Positions 1 to 12,929 of a stretch of 64,000 bases of DNA are shown in pieces. Position 1 is the stretch's first letter, and every line of letters starts with the position of its first letter. The DNA is from Antechinus flavipes. Lineage: Eukaryota. The translations under genes were made by a program, and so were the position numbers. The DNA is taken from positions 479,818,001-479,882,000 of the forward strand of contig NC_067401.1 in the NCBI RefSeq assembly GCF_016432865.1, in the 5' to 3' direction. Under the pieces are notes generated by a model. The model saw only the letters and a list, made by a program, of their open reading frames with translations. It made no database searches and was not told the DNA's origin.

Positions 1-123
1 CCCATGGCTCTCATCATTTGGTGTGCTGACAGTAAAACTCATCCCTCTGGATAATAACTCACTATAGCAAATAATGAATTTGATTTATCCCAGTTCAAGA
101 ATAATCCTTTAAAATAATAATTA

Positions 124-265
124 GGGGCAGCTGGGTGGCTCAGCCCTGAAGTCGGGAGGCCCTGAGTTCAAATCTGACCTCAGACACGCAACACTTCCTA
201 GCTGTGTGACCCTGGGCAAGTCACTGAACCCGAATTGTCTCAGCCAAAAACAAATTAACAAACAA
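124..265 (+). mobile_element. Marsupial tRNA-derived SINE (WSINE1-like)
   Basis: ggggcagctgggtgg... head, gagttcaaatc B-box, core ctgtgtgaccctgggcaagtcac, A-rich tail. Confidence 0.75.
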
Positions 266-1210
266 AAAAAGGTAGTTTATGGAGGAGTTACAGACAAAAT
301 GAAGAGGTAAAGTAGGCGCCAGGAGAGGTAAATGTGAAAGAGCCGGGAGAGCAGAGTTAACAAGGAAAGTGCTTTTGACAATTATCAGTGGGAGTCAAGT
401 TCCCTAGTGGGCCGCACAGTGCTGCAGGGAGTACTCGGAGGGGGAGGTCTCCATTGCTTGGCTTTGGGAAGGTGAAAGATCCCAAGAGGCCTGGGGGTGG
501 GGGGGAGGAGTAAAGATAACAGGATTGGTGGGGGAGGGGGGGAGAGAAAGATACGCGGGCCTGGGTCAGATTTATAGGGCAACTTTAACCTTGCTGGATT
601 GAATACAGCTAAAGCGAGATTACCCAAGACCTCTCCCAGGGGTGGAACTGTAAGGTTAAGCTAATCCCCACCCGGCCCTTCCCTGCTGCCTGGGGGAGTA
701 ATCTTATCAGTGCTTGGGCTTTCCCACTTAGGGACCAGGGCCTCCCGGGAGGGCTTCTGAACTCTGGGAACATCCCCAGACTTGTGCCTCTTGCCCAGTC
801 TGGCCACCACCCTCCTCCGGTGCCCCAAAGAGCGCGCCCGTGTCCTCTCCTAATTTGGGGCTGTGGTAGTGAGGCTGCCCAGGCCACAAGTCCAGTCCAG
901 TTTAGTCACTTTCTAGGCTGCCATCCAGAGAAGGTGGCCGTTAATGCAGCCAGAGGCCTGGCTTCCCATGGGCCTTCCAGCACGGACTGGCCCTTGTCAC
1001 CCCGGCCCACCTGCCCGGAAGTGAAACCTCAGGGGCTTTAATGTGCCCTTCTCTTCCCATAAGCCATCTGGGCTATGTGCCATGGCGGCAAAGACGTTAT
1101 TTTGTCCCTTTTGATTAAGGGTCTCTTGGTGTTGACAGCTCCCCAAGTATGAGGGAGCCAGACTTTTATCAGTGACATCAGGAGGAACTTCTTTCCTATC
1201 CCACTGTGCT

Positions 1211-1335
1211 TTTCTTTTTTTCCCCTGAGGCCATTGGGGCTAAGTGACTTGCCCAGGGTCACACAGCCCGGAAGTGTTTAGTGTCTGAGCCCAAATTCGG
1301 ACTGGGGTCCTCCTGACTTTAGGACTGTCCACTGC
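1211..1335 (-). mobile_element. Marsupial tRNA-derived SINE (WSINE1-like)
   Basis: T-tract followed by ...ggggctaagtgacttgcccagggtcacacagc..., the reverse complement of the SINE at 124. Confidence 0.7.
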
Positions 1336-1946
1336 TTTTCTAATTGTCTTGACACCATTTAGGAGAAACCTTTTAGTTTCATGTGGGGGACTGTATATTA
1401 GTCCTGCTGTCTCCCTGCCCAGTCTGGCTCCCCCTCCGATGAGGGGGGATGGCCTCTTTGCCCAGTGCCCCCAGGGCACATGACCCCACAGGAACCCACC
1501 TTTCTCTAGGGGTACAAGTTTGCCAGCTACTCCCCTCAAAAGGGCCAATGCAAACACTGAGCCGCAGGGGCGGTCCGAGTGACAATAGGAGGGGATCACT
1601 TGTCGCCCCAGGCGGGGTTTGGCCCAGAGCCCAGGAAGGGCCAGCCTGCCGTCGGCTTTCTGCTAGCAGACCAGCCTGGGCCTGGAGTCTCCCCCGCAGC
1701 CTTCCCCGGGAAGCTCCAAGTTCAGCCTAGGACACCCAGCGCCAGGCGTCCTCGTCCTGCCCCGGGCAAGGGCCGCCCAAGCAATCTAGTTCGTGGCTTC
1801 CAGGCAATTAACCCGGCCGGGAGGGTCCGGCCCCGCCCAGGCTAGGGAGGCCCCAGCCTCCACCGTCCCCAAGGGCTCCTCCCCGACCCCTCCGCCCACG
1901 CCGCCCCCACGGGCAGTTAGACGCAAAACGGGGAGCTTCGGGAGGC

Positions 1947-1952
1947 TTTATT
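1947..1952 (-). terminator. Candidate polyadenylation signal of HPDL
   Basis: tttatt on + (AATAAA on -), about 560 nt downstream of the HPDL stop codon. Confidence 0.55.
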
Positions 1953-2510
1953 AGCAGAGGACTGAAGGTAAGGGCTGAGGCAGGGCCCCACCCCCAAGAA
2001 AGTGCCTTCCATTCCCCAGGGTCCCTCCCACTCAGCTTCCAGGAGGCTCCGGCTGCGGTCGCCACTCCCATGGCTTGGGGGCCCGGGCCAGGCTCCTGGC
2101 ACCAGCCTGTGCCAATCATCACACCGGGCCGGGTGAAGACCCCTCAGGCTAGGGAGTCAGCGACTAACCCGCAAAGGGCACTGGGGCTAAGGTTAGGAAG
2201 GGGAAGGCCCTTGGGAAGCATTTATCCCAGAGAAACCGCCAAGGGCCAAGTCCAAGGTCAGAGGAAGCGGCACTGGCATTTGAACCCGGGTCTGAGGAGA
2301 GAACAGAAGGCGGCGGCCCCCGTTTCTGGCAGAATTTCGGACGCGGCCCCTGCCTCTTCAGGTGGGAAAAGGCAGCTGGGCTGGCGCCCTTGGCTCGGGA
2401 GGAGGGGGCAAGGCTGCGCCCACAGGCCGGAGGGGGTTGGGCTTCTGCGGGGAGAGCGCTCCGGCGGCTGAGGCTGGCACCGAAGCGGGGGCAGCGAGGT
2501 CCAGCTTTCC

Positions 2511-3695
2511 TCAGCGGGGCTGGCGGGCCTCCTGGAAGCCGGCCATGTGCTTCTCCAGGGCCTCCCACAGGGCTCGGATGTTGCCTTGGCCAAAGCCCGT
2601 GGCCCCCCGCCTCTGGATCAGCTCCAGGAAGAAGGTCTCCTCGGAAAAGAGAGGCTTGGTGAACACCTGCAGCAGGTAGCGGGCGCCGTCCCCGCCCTGG
2701 CCGCCGTCCCTGTCCAGCAGGATGCCCAGCTCGGCCAGCTTCGCCACCTCTTGGCCCGCCGCCAGGATCTGCTCCACTTTGCCGGCCTGCCGGTAGTAGG
2801 CGTCCGGAGGGGTCACCAAGCGGCCGCCGGCCTCCGACACCCGACGGGCCGAGTCCAGGACGTCTCCCGTGTAGAGGGCCACGTGCTGCAGGCCCGGGGC
2901 CCCGTGCTGGGCCAGGAAGAGCTCGATCTGGTCCCGGGCCCCGGGCAGGCTGGGCAGGGACTCGCCCAGCACCAGCAACGGGGCCTGGCTGCCCGGGGGC
3001 GCCTGCAAGGAAGTCAGCCGCAGGCCCCCGGCCCGGCCGGCCCGGATCTCCAAGCCGTGCTCGGGGTGGTCATCGGCGGGGTCCAGGCTGAAGCGGCGGA
3101 AGCCCAGACACTCCTGGTACCAGCGCCGCCACGAGCTCGCGCTGCCCCGGGGGCAGGCCAGCGCTATGTGGTCCACATGGCTGAACCAGTGGCCGGGGCC
3201 GGGGCCGTCGGGGCCGGGGCCGTCGGGGCCGCCGCATCCCTGGAAGCCCGGCAGGAAGGGCCCCCGGTAAGCGCCCCGCTGCAGCAGCGTGTGGCTCAGG
3301 TTGCCGACCGGGGAGCGCACCACGGCGTAGGTGACGGAGCCCTGGGCGTCGGCCACGGCCCGGGGCTGCACCGCCACCTGGCAGCCCAGCTCCCGCAGCG
3401 CCCCGACGGCCCCCCGCACGTCCGCCACTTCGAAGCACACGTTGGAGGCGGTGGGCACGGCGTGCGCGGGGTCCACGTCGTAGAGGGGCCCCTCGCGGCC
3501 GTCCCCCGAGCCGGGCGCGCTCTCGTTCACCAGGAACACGGCGTCCCCGCTGCGCAGGGCCAGCTGGCGCCAGCCGCCGGTCTCCCGCACGGCCACGGGC
3601 CGGAAGCCGAAACAACGCTGCAGGTCCCGCGCCAGGGGCTGGCCGCGGGGGACGTGCAAGGAGATGTGGCAGAGGCGGCCCACGGGGGCGGCCAT
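2511..3695 (-). CDS. HPDL: 4-hydroxyphenylpyruvate dioxygenase-like protein, intronless, 394 aa
   Basis: [16 protein letters not shown] start; [17 protein letters not shown]; metal-ligand motifs [15 protein letters not shown] and [23 protein letters not shown]. Good Kozak context (gccgcccccgtgggc follows ccgccATGG). Single coding exon as in human HPDL. Confidence 0.97.
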   Translation of the reverse strand: MAAPVGRLCHISLHVPRGQPLARDLQRCFGFRPVAVRETGGWRQLALRSGDAVFLVNESAPGSGDGREGPLYDVDPAHAVPTASNVCFEVADVRGAVGALRELGCQVAVQPRAVADAQGSVTYAVVRSPVGNLSHTLLQRGAYRGPFLPGFQGCGGPDGPGPDGPGPGHWFSHVDHIALACPRGSASSWRRWYQECLGFRRFSLDPADDHPEHGLEIRAGRAGGLRLTSLQAPPGSQAPLLVLGESLPSLPGARDQIELFLAQHGAPGLQHVALYTGDVLDSARRVSEAGGRLVTPPDAYYRQAGKVEQILAAGQEVAKLAELGILLDRDGGQGGDGARYLLQVFTKPLFSEETFFLELIQRRGATGFGQGNIRALWEALEKHMAGFQEARQPR

Positions 3696-3979
3696 GGCGG
3701 GTAGTGAGCTCCCCGTCTCCCGAGGGCTGCAAGCAGACGGCTCGGGGTCTCAGCGTGCGGGAGCAGAGGTCCTCCGTCTGCCGGGGGTCCGGCCTCCGGA
3801 GTGCCTTTGAAGCATCGGGAGGGGGCTGAGAGCGGCGTGAGAGCGGGGGTGGGGCCTGAGGAGTGGGGAGAGGGGCGGGCCGAGGGCTGCCCGAGGAGGG
3901 GGGAGTGAGGGCAGTGCAGGTGGCACGAAAAGGAAGGGGGGGAGGAGGTGGCGCGGGGAGGGGGGGCACAGGGCCAGGA

Positions 3980-4140
3980 AGCCCCGCCTGCCCCACCCTG
4001 AGCCCGCCCCGGGTCCGCCCCGGTCTAAATACCGCAGGAGAACGGGGGCCCGGGGAACCTGGGGGCCGCCTATCCACGGCGGCTGGGGCGGGGCTCCGGG
4101 GACGGCCCCGCACGTGCTCCGGCCGGAGTGTTCCCCGCCC
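3980..4140 (-). promoter_or_regulatory. Probable HPDL core promoter (CpG island, GC boxes, TATA-like TATTTA)
   Basis: ctaaatac at about 4024-4031 reads TATTTAG on -, with GGGCGG boxes at about 4006-4020 and 4086-4093, in CpG-dense sequence. Confidence 0.45.
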
Positions 4141-6289
4141 TCCTCTCCTCCGCCGGAAACTTTCCGTGTCGGTGCTGGAAGGGGCTGGAGCGGGCTGCAG
4201 CGTTCGGGCGAATGCGGGCTCGAACCCACCTCCCGCCGCTCTCCTGCTCCCTCCTCCGCGTGGGCTAAGCACGTGTCTCACGCACTCCCGGCCCCCGAGG
4301 TCGTCCATTTCCCGAGCAGACCTCCCCAGACCAGCCGGGAGCCCGGGGAGCGCCCCTTCCCCCGGGGGACCACCTCGAGCCCGCGCCCCTCCCTCCCCCC
4401 AGGTCCTCCGTCCCCACTCCTGGATGAGCACTCAGTCCCTCCCTTGTGCCCGGCACTGTGCTGGGTTCTGAGGGCGCTCGCACCGGAGCCAGGAGCTCTC
4501 TGAGCACCCAGGATGCCCAGCTGTGGGCTAACAGAGCAGACCTCTCTCGGTGGCCCCCAGAGGAGCTGGCGGCAGGGCCGGGCACAGAGGAAGCCGAACA
4601 GCTCCCGAGCCCCTGCGCGGGCATCTTAGTGCAGCTCCCGCCCTCTCGCCTTCCTTGGCAGGCTCCCCACACTTTCTGCTGAACCCCAGCCCAGAACCTC
4701 CGTCCAAGCTTGCCCCCCCTCCCTTCTTGTGGAATGAACTTGTGGGTCCCAAGATTTTACCTTAACCCTCCCGCATTTCCTCTGCCAGGCCCTCGGGTCA
4801 GGAGCAACCGGCAGGGATTTCTTCCTGAGCTCCATCCCATGGAGCCAGGACTGCTGGGAGCTGAGGCAGCCCCCAAGCCCGCTTAGCCGGGGAAAAAGCA
4901 GCCTCCCGGCCCTCAGAGCTTAGCGGGAGGCGGTATCCTGGAAGAGAGAAGGGGGCTTTCCATCAGGGTGGTCACCGGGACTCGGGGACCTTCTTGGACC
5001 CTGAATCACACACGTGGAGGAGGAGGCAAATTTAAGCCCCAGGATCACGGGTACAGATGGACACTTCCCTGCTGGCAAGATTCCTGCTGGTTTTACGGGA
5101 CTGTAAGGAGTTAATCCCCCCACTAAACTGTCCCCACCGCGTAACAGCCACCCTTGCTGGCTATCTCTCACCTGGGCTACTGTCACAGCTTCCCGATGGG
5201 TGTCCTTGCCTCAGGGTCCCCCTCCCCCCCATTCAGTTGCCGAAGTGATTTTTCTCTCAGGTCTGATCCGATCCCTCACTTCTCCATGAACTCTTGAGGA
5301 TCCCTTTACTTCCAGGATCAAACACAGCGTCCTTGGAATGAAAGAATCCTCTGATCTCTATCCAGTGTGGGTGAACATTAAAGGTCCTGAGCTTCCCATA
5401 GCTCCTCTGCCCAGCTCCAGAGGAGCTCTTCCCAGAGCAGCTGGGGCTGGATCCCAGGAGAAAGGCGATCTCCAGAACAAAGATCAGCTTTCCCGGGCTG
5501 CCATACACAGCCTGATCCCTGACTGTGTCAGGCTCGTGGTCACAGTATCCAGATCTTTGCCTTTACGGGTGGGAAGAGGGCAGAGAGAGGCTGGGAAGTG
5601 GCGTAAAGAACTAAGGCAGTCCAAATGGAGTCCGTGTTCATGAGCTGCAGTCTGTAGATCCCGTATTTTAATATTTTGAGTACTTTGTCTCATCCCTCCT
5701 GCACCATTTGAAAAAATTGCTGAGTAGGTTTACAACAGCTCCACTCTCCAGCCCATCTTTGACATGAGCTGTGTAACCCTAGGCAAGGCAAGTTAAGTCA
5801 GCAAGCATTTATTAAGTGCCTACTGTATGCTAGGTTCTGCACTGTGCATTGAACATACAAAGAAAGGCAGATAGTCCCTACTCTCAAAGTTCACCATAGT
5901 GAAGGGCAAGGGACAAGCTCTTTGAGAATCGATTTCCTCATCTGTAAATTAGGGGGTTGGTTGGCTGTTAATGTCCCCTCTAGATCGAATTCTTTCTTTT
6001 CTTTCTTTCCTCTCTCCTTTTTTTCTCCTTCCCTCCCTCCCTCTCTCTTCTTTTCTTCCTTTTTCCCTTCCTCCTTCTCTCTGCCTCTCTCAATAAAGTT
6101 CCTGAAGAGTGACATCATTTTTTTTCTTTGTATTTCCAGCACTTAGCAGAGTGCCTGGTACATAGTAAGTGCTTAATAAATGCTTGTTGATTGACACACA
6201 CACCCCCCCCCCCCGCAAGTGACATCATTCAACTCTCCCTGCAGTAAAGAGGACCTACCACCTCTCAAGCAGTCCAGGATGCTCTGAGA

Positions 6290-6620
6290 CTAATCTGTGG
6301 CTGGAAAATTCTTCCTGATAGAAAGCCTGAATCTGCTTTTTGCCTCAACACTCCCCATTGATCTTGGTCCTCCCCATAGGACTGACTGCACAGAACCAGG
6401 CTGATTGCTCCTTCCCAGAACAACTTGCCCTTTCTGAGGCTTCTTTTTTGTAACCAAGCTAAACATGCCCAGTCCTTTCCATCTGTACTCAGGCTCTTCC
6501 CCGTTCTAATCGCAAGCCCCTCAACATCCTGGCCACCTGCCTCTCGAGGGTTTCCAGTCCCTTAGTGTCCTTCAGTGACAATGGCAAAGAGCCCAGGACC
6601 CCCGGTGTAACCTGACCAGC
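6290..6620 (-). mobile_element. Degraded L3/CR1 LINE fragment
   Basis: ggaaaattcttcctga...aatctgct..., ctaaacatgcccagtcctttc and atcctggccacc resemble the antisense 3' region of L3/CR1. Confidence 0.55.
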
Positions 6621-7129
6621 GTCCAGGGCCGGAGAGGCAGCTTCTCTCGGGGCCTGGGGGAAGCAGCTCCTACGCCGCCCTCCAACAAGGATATGGTCAG
6701 CTGCTTGTTTACAGGCAGGGCGCCTGCACATCAGAGGCCAGAAACCCCAGGACACCCAGCTTGCCCCCAGGCTCCGAACTGTCTCACCAAGCCAGATCTT
6801 GATTTCAATTTCCAGAAACGGTTTTCTGGGCCTGTCGCTCCACAGGCCTTGGCCGGGCTCTCTGTCCACAGGTGATTCCTCAGGTGTCTTTCTGCGTGCT
6901 ACTCCTCCTTCCCAAAGCCTCTGAGTCCTACAGCAGCCTTGGTCCAGTGCCCAGAGAAGGAAGGCCTCTGCTCACCTGCACATCCTGATCCGGAGCACTT
7001 GGCTCACTGACCACACGGGTCCGGTCTGGGCCGGACAGAGAAGCAGCCACCGGGGGAACATTAACCGAGATGGAGGAGGAAGAAAGGCCACGCTCTAGCA
7101 TTTCTTCTCAAACCCACAGAGTATTTCAC

Positions 7130-7330
7130 ACCGTCAGACCTCATCCAGCCTGTATTTGAACAGGAATCCCCTCCAGTGATCGTCCAGACCATCCATGAGG
7201 GTGATCTTACTATGTCAATAGGAGGCCCAATTAAGGATAGGATAGTAGTGCTCTTTGCAAGGAAGTTTGTCCTGCCGGTGAGTTGCAGTCCGCCTCTTTG
7301 CAACTGACCCCGTGCTGGACAGGAGACTTT
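7130..7330 (-). mobile_element. Degraded L3/CR1 LINE fragment
   Basis: tcatccagcctgtatttgaa...aggaagtttgtcctg...gcctctttgcaact match the antisense L3/CR1 motif series. Confidence 0.55.
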
Positions 7331-9505
7331 TCCCGACAGCCGTGTACCTGGAATTGTCGGCATCCTCCAAAGGGCCAAATTGTCACTGGCTATGCTTTTA
7401 CTGCATTCAAATCTGAGTAAGAATCGAAATGTACCCCTTTTTCCTGGCCTTAGAGGTAAATGAATATTTACCTAGCAGAGAGAGCAGTTGCCTTTTTAAA
7501 ATTCACTTTTATTTTGAGTTCTGAATTTTCTCCCTACTGTGAAAGCCAGAAAACCTAAAACGTATCACCATTCAAAATAAATTGCATCCAGAAATGAAGA
7601 GAAAATTTTCTTCCATCTGCACGTCGAATCCATCGGCTCTCCATCTGCAATTGGGGCTGATCGGCACGTCCATCAGGGTCCCAAGTCCCTCAGAGTTGAC
7701 CATCCTTACAGTTATAACTAATGGACAATCAAAGTGAAAGTACAGATTTCATTTTGCTGAACTCCTCTTGTTATATGTTCTGTTCCTCCTCCTCCTCCTC
7801 TTGTTACATGGGATGTTCTTTCTGGGCTCTCCAGGCAGAAACAGTTTCTTTTAAAGAGGAGTTGATTTTTGGAAATCCAAAGTATTTTACTTTTGAAATT
7901 TGGAATACAAAATGCTTAAAATAATGAAGGTCTTTTAAAAATGTTTAATCTTCATAAACGGCGCTTTCCCTTGAAGGCTAGACAATCCAACAAACAACAA
8001 ATCGGGGCCAGATTTGTAGCAGTTGCTGATTTCTAAGAGGTAAATAAATGCTAATGGGAACATTTTACGTTGGGTTCTCCCAAGCTGGTGGGGAGGGGTC
8101 CCAGTCCCCATTAGCCCCATTAGTCATTCTCAATATCTGGGGAGTGAAGAAATGGCTCTGCTGCCCACCTACCCTGCCCTTTGTATACTTCCATGCTCCT
8201 TAAGGGTGCTTCCCTTTTTCAGATCCCTGAGATTCTAGGGCCATGATGGGCTGGAAGTAGTTTGGGCGGAATACCGCCATTCTTAAGCTGCCCGGAAGAG
8301 GAGAAAGCGTCTGTCTCTAAGCGGCTTAATGGCCCCACCACCACCTGGAGACAGGACCAGGGCTTTCCTGGCTCACAGTGTCATAGAGAACACTCGCAGA
8401 TTTAAGAGTCTGATGTTACAGACTTTCCCCTCTCGGGGAATGAGGCTAGAAAGGGCCAGCACCCAATCACCCCAGGCAGCCCGGCCGGGTTCTGAGCTGT
8501 CCGCCCGCCTCCGGCCGAAGAGGACCCTCGGGGGGGTGATGGAGCAGAAGAGCTTCCCATGAGGAGTAAGCAGGACCCTGAGCTCAGAGCTCGGGGTGGG
8601 GCGGAGAGGGCCCCTGCCCCCTGGGCTGGCCCGGGAATGCCCGCTCCCTCTGAGCCTGGGCTGGGGCGGAACCGGCTTTGTCTCCTTTGGGCCCAAGGGC
8701 TTCGAAGGTCACCGAGGTCCGCGGGGCAGCCGGAGGTGCGGGAACTGAGCCGGGAGGCAGCCGGCCCCGGACCGCAAGGTGCTTGAGCCAGGCCGGCAGC
8801 CGGGGCCACCTTGTCCTTTGGCCATCCTTGCCTAAGAACCCTCCCAGGTCAGTAGGGTCACACACACGTGAAGGCAAAGGCGACACCGGCAGCAGCAAGA
8901 CCTGTCTGAGCTGGCAGAACCGGACCGCGTGGCAGGGCTCAGCCCCAGAGTGTTTGTCTTCCCTGTTGTTTATTAACCGCCAAGTCATGGGGCTCGGGCC
9001 TGGGCAGACCCCATGGGTGACCGGGGTTCTCTCCCTTCTTGTTCCTGTTCACAGGTTTGGATGGTTATGCTGGTGGATTTTAAGACAAAACGTTAATTTA
9101 AAAAAAAGTCTCACATAGTAGGGCCGGGGCCCCGGTTCCTCTGGGCCAGCTCGGTCCGTGGCCGGCGTTCAGATGCCCTCATCTGAGGGATCTTGGGCAA
9201 GTCCTTCGGAACTTGCTTCCCTTTTCTGCCAAATCAAAGCCTTGTGGGCAGTCACGTCCAAGGGCCCCAGAATCCCGGGCCCCCCAACTGGAGCATTAAA
9301 AGGCTGGAAATTCCCGGCCCCGAAGGTGAGACAGGCTGACCAGGGTGAGCGTCAGGCTCCCCGAGTGCCCAGCTGTCCTCTGGGGCCCCACGGGCAGTGC
9401 CAGGCCAGGGGTCGGGTCAAAAAGCACTTCCTGGGTGCCCGGGGGTCAGAGCCCTTCGAGAGGGAGAAATAGTGCAGTGGGCGGAGAATTCACTGTCTGC
9501 GGGGG

Positions 9506-9640
9506 ACACCCGAACACACACACACACAGACACACATATGTACAGACACACGCACACAGATACGCTCTTGTGTGTTTCTACATGTGCAGAATCACAGGCA
9601 CACGAGGCCGTACACGGGCACACACGCCTGCACAGATCAT
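9506..9640 (+). repeat. Degenerate (CA)n microsatellite
   Basis: acacacacacacacagacacacatatgtacagacacacgcacac... Confidence 0.8.
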
Positions 9641-11117
9641 GCACAGAGTAATGGCCTCTGGCGCCCAGGAGGGCTGAGCCCCCGACCTGGACCCTTCAGC
9701 CGGACCCCTCCTCCCGGGGAGGAGCTGCTGGACACAGATAAAGCCCAGCGAGCAAAGGTCACCGCGGGGACCGCTGGCTGGGCTCCTGCTCTGTGGGACA
9801 GCGGCTGCAGAAAGGAGACTACACGACCTCAGGTGCGGTATCTGCCATCTGGGGAGACTGACTGGGACTGGGGGAGAGGAAGTTAAGGAACTGATGTGTC
9901 AGGGTTCATGAACTCCCCCAAATCTTTCTCTCTTTTACAAAATTTAATTACTTTTATTATAGCTTTTTATTTACAAGCTAAATGCCTGGGTAATTACTCC
10001 CCCAAATCCCGGTGGGCCTTGAGAAGACCTAGAACCTCAGATTTCCGGGGTTTTGGAGACTGTTGAGTCCGACCTGTTTGTTTTGCAGAGGAAACTATGA
10101 GGGCCAAGGTCACACAGCTCATTGGAAGCAGAGGCGAGATTTGAACCCTGGGCCTTGTGTCCCAGATCCAGACCTTTGTGCAGCTAGATCTGGAAGGACT
10201 GCAATTATATTCGGCTTCTGAGAGAAGCCGGGGAAAAGCCAAGAAAATGGGGGTCAAAATAAGTGATATTGAGTCTCTTTTAGGTGATGAAGTCTATTTT
10301 TATGTGAGAAAAGCCACTGTAGCTTTAAGGATCACAAGGGAACATTGAGTGCTTTAGGGGGGCCTTGCTGCCAGACAGCACTTGCTGATCTGGGGATCCT
10401 GTCCATTCTGGGACGCCCCCCCCCATCTGCCCCAAACAGGCTCCCAGGGGCCTTGGCTTTGCTCCGGCCCTAGAAACTTCCAGAGGTTCGGTGGGTGTCA
10501 GAGCTGGCGGGGAGGGGGCCTGCCCAGTCACCGCAGAGGCCCCCCCGAGAGGCCTGCTCTGTAGCCTCCCTATTCGGTGCCCATGATGCTGGCCGGGAAG
10601 AGGCCGGGATGGGGGGAGGGAGGTCCCAAAGACCTTGAGGGTGGGAGAGACCCAAGGGGGGAGGGGAGGAGGGCCCCCGCCCGTGCTGCCCTTCTGTTTG
10701 TCTGGAAGTGGGATGGAACAGCTGGGGACGGTCCGTACAAAGTCCTCTGTGGGGGCAGCTTCCCCTGCCAAGGACACCGGACACTGCCCCTCCTGGGGGC
10801 TAACCTGGGCCCTGAGTCCCGCCCGCTCACTGAGCCCGCGGAGGGGGAGGAAAGGCTGTCCGAGCGCCCGCTTTCTGTCCGGCAAATGGGGCTCATCCGT
10901 GGGCCGCCCGTGTCTAGCTCAGCTCTTCCCAACTTCCCGGAGGCCGGGCCCCCTTCGCGACCAACCCCTGCCCCATCCATCTGCTTCCCGAGGCTCGGAG
11001 GCCAGAGTGGGTCCGACAAACAGAACAGAGGCGGGGGAAGGGATCCGGATGGGGGGGCCGAGTTCAGACCAGCTGCGCACCCTGGCCAGCCACTTCTCCC
11101 TGTTGCTGCTTCTTCCC

Positions 11118-11850
11118 TGTTGGAATCTCTACAACTGTTAAGTCACCCGAGTTGGGACAGTAATTACCTGATTTAGCAGGGTCAGTATGATTGCTCTAAT
11201 CCTATAAGGAGGCAGAAGAAACAAGGCACTAATAGAACTGAGAAACAAGGCTTGTGTTCACACCTTTACTCACTGGGGTTCCCACCTTTGGGGGATTTCA
11301 GGGTTTAGGATGAGAGATCCGAATTCACACCTCCCCTGAAGCTCTCAGGGCCAGAGAGCACTCTGGGAGAAACCCATAATCCCTCTCTCTCGGATCCCAC
11401 AATTCCTCTCTCTCATATATAAGAAACAGAGGCTCAATTACCCGGGGAGTGGAGATGAATTTAGACTGAGAGGGGAGGGTCAAGTGAGTTCAGCCAGAAG
11501 CCCTCTCTGAGGGAGGAGTCTCACTGCGGAACACTGACTGGGGTCGGAGAGGAGCACTCTGGGAGTCAGAGCCAGAAGCCTCTCTCAGAGCAAGACAGAT
11601 TCACCTTGGAGCTGGCTCTGGAGGCTGAAGAAAGCAGAGGCAGAAGCAAAGGACAAAGCGGCAAGGAGAGAGAGAGGCCTCTAAGAAAAGGTAACCGGGC
11701 TGTGCTGGAAGGAGAAAGTAAAGCTTTGCATTTTGCCAGCTGGCTGCATTTTGGGTGATTTACTCTTAACTGAAACTAAGGCTGCCTCCAGAAAACCTCC
11801 CCCAGAAACCTGCTCTCCCAGAGAGAACCATCTTATTTTAAAAGAAAACA
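11118..11850 (+). mobile_element. Solo ERV LTR (dasyurid-type)
   Basis: TG...CA bounded block of about 730 bp with an internal TATA-like catatataag at about 11414 and a 3' end (ctgaaactaaggctgcctccagaa...gaaacctgctctcccagagagaac) I recall from dasyurid LTRs. No clear target-site duplication seen. Confidence 0.6.
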
Positions 11851-12929
11851 CCGCGCTTCCCCATCTGTCAAATGGAAAAGGGAATCGATGGCGCCGGTGT
11901 CTCTGCCAAGGAGACCCTGCGCGGGTTACGGCCAAAAAACAACACGTGGGGCTCGTGTGTCGTCCCGTGTGCCCTGGGAAGGAGATGTGCTCATGAACCC
12001 ATTTCACAGATGGGAAAACCGGTGCAGCTGACAAGGCGGGAATGATTCCCCGAGATTACTAAGTCTCTGAGGTGACCCGGACTCGGGCCGGCGGCTGGCG
12101 GTCTGGCTGTTTCGTAATCCATGAGATTCCTGGAAAAGCCCAAGGTCCACAAACATCCGGGCTGAGATGACAAAGCTCCGGAGGAACCTGGAGCACGTGC
12201 CTGGCACAAGTAAACAGAATTGTTGGAAGAGACAGAGGGACCAGGAACTTCTGTCAGAAGGGCCTCTCTGGCCTCGGCCGTTCCTTGGCTGGGCGACCCT
12301 TGACCTCTCTGTGCCAGTCTCCTCGTCCATAAAATGGGGACAACAGTCGGACCCAACGAGAACATTTTGCAAAGTGTCTCTCAGACTTTCTAAGTCTTGG
12401 GAATCCTGACGATGACGCAGCCGTTGGGAGAGCCCAGAGCCTGTCGGGGCAGGGAGACGTCCCGGAACACCGGCCGTCAGCGGGCAATTGGCACGGAGAG
12501 CTCCCGGTCCCATCAGAGAACGGGCGCTGGCGCAGGAGGAAGCCGGGCCTCGTGGTCAGACGTAGAGCGGCCGGAACAAGGGGAGGCCGGGGGCGCGAGC
12601 GGCTGCTCTGCGCCCAGGACTCCGGCTCCTCACTCTCAACCCGTCCTGCACTGGGCGGTCAAAGGGGTCTTCCTAAAGCCCTGCTATTGTTCTGTCCCTC
12701 CCTCCCCACCCCGGGAGCTCTAGGAGCGGCTGGGAAGGGAGATCCTGGGATCAAATGTTGGCCCCCACCTTGTGCAGCCCCGACGTCTCGGCTCCTCCCT
12801 GCCCTCAGCCTTCGATCAGCTCATTCCTACCCAACAGCGCGGTCCGGCCAGCGGGCTCCTCACTGCTTCTTCTTCCGCCCCCCTCGCCTTCGCCCCGGCC
12901 CCCCTCGCCTGGAAAGCTTTCGCTCATGT

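Noticed and set aside
2547-3704. 385-aa ORF on + overlapping HPDL
   Set aside because: Antisense shadow of a GC3-rich coding sequence; no recognisable domain.
3070-4431. 453-aa Pro/Arg/Gly-rich ORF on -
   Set aside because: Alternative frame through a CpG island where stop codons are rare; low complexity.
5257-5643. Protein-like ORFs with a nearby acceptor-like site
   Set aside because: No recognisable homology and no partner exons in compatible phase. A BLASTx search would settle it.
7061-7415. Apparent exon pair (…IVVLFARKFVLP|gtgagt…cag|…gtaag)
   Set aside because: The implied intron is only about 45 nt, and the sequence matches antisense L3/CR1 motifs.
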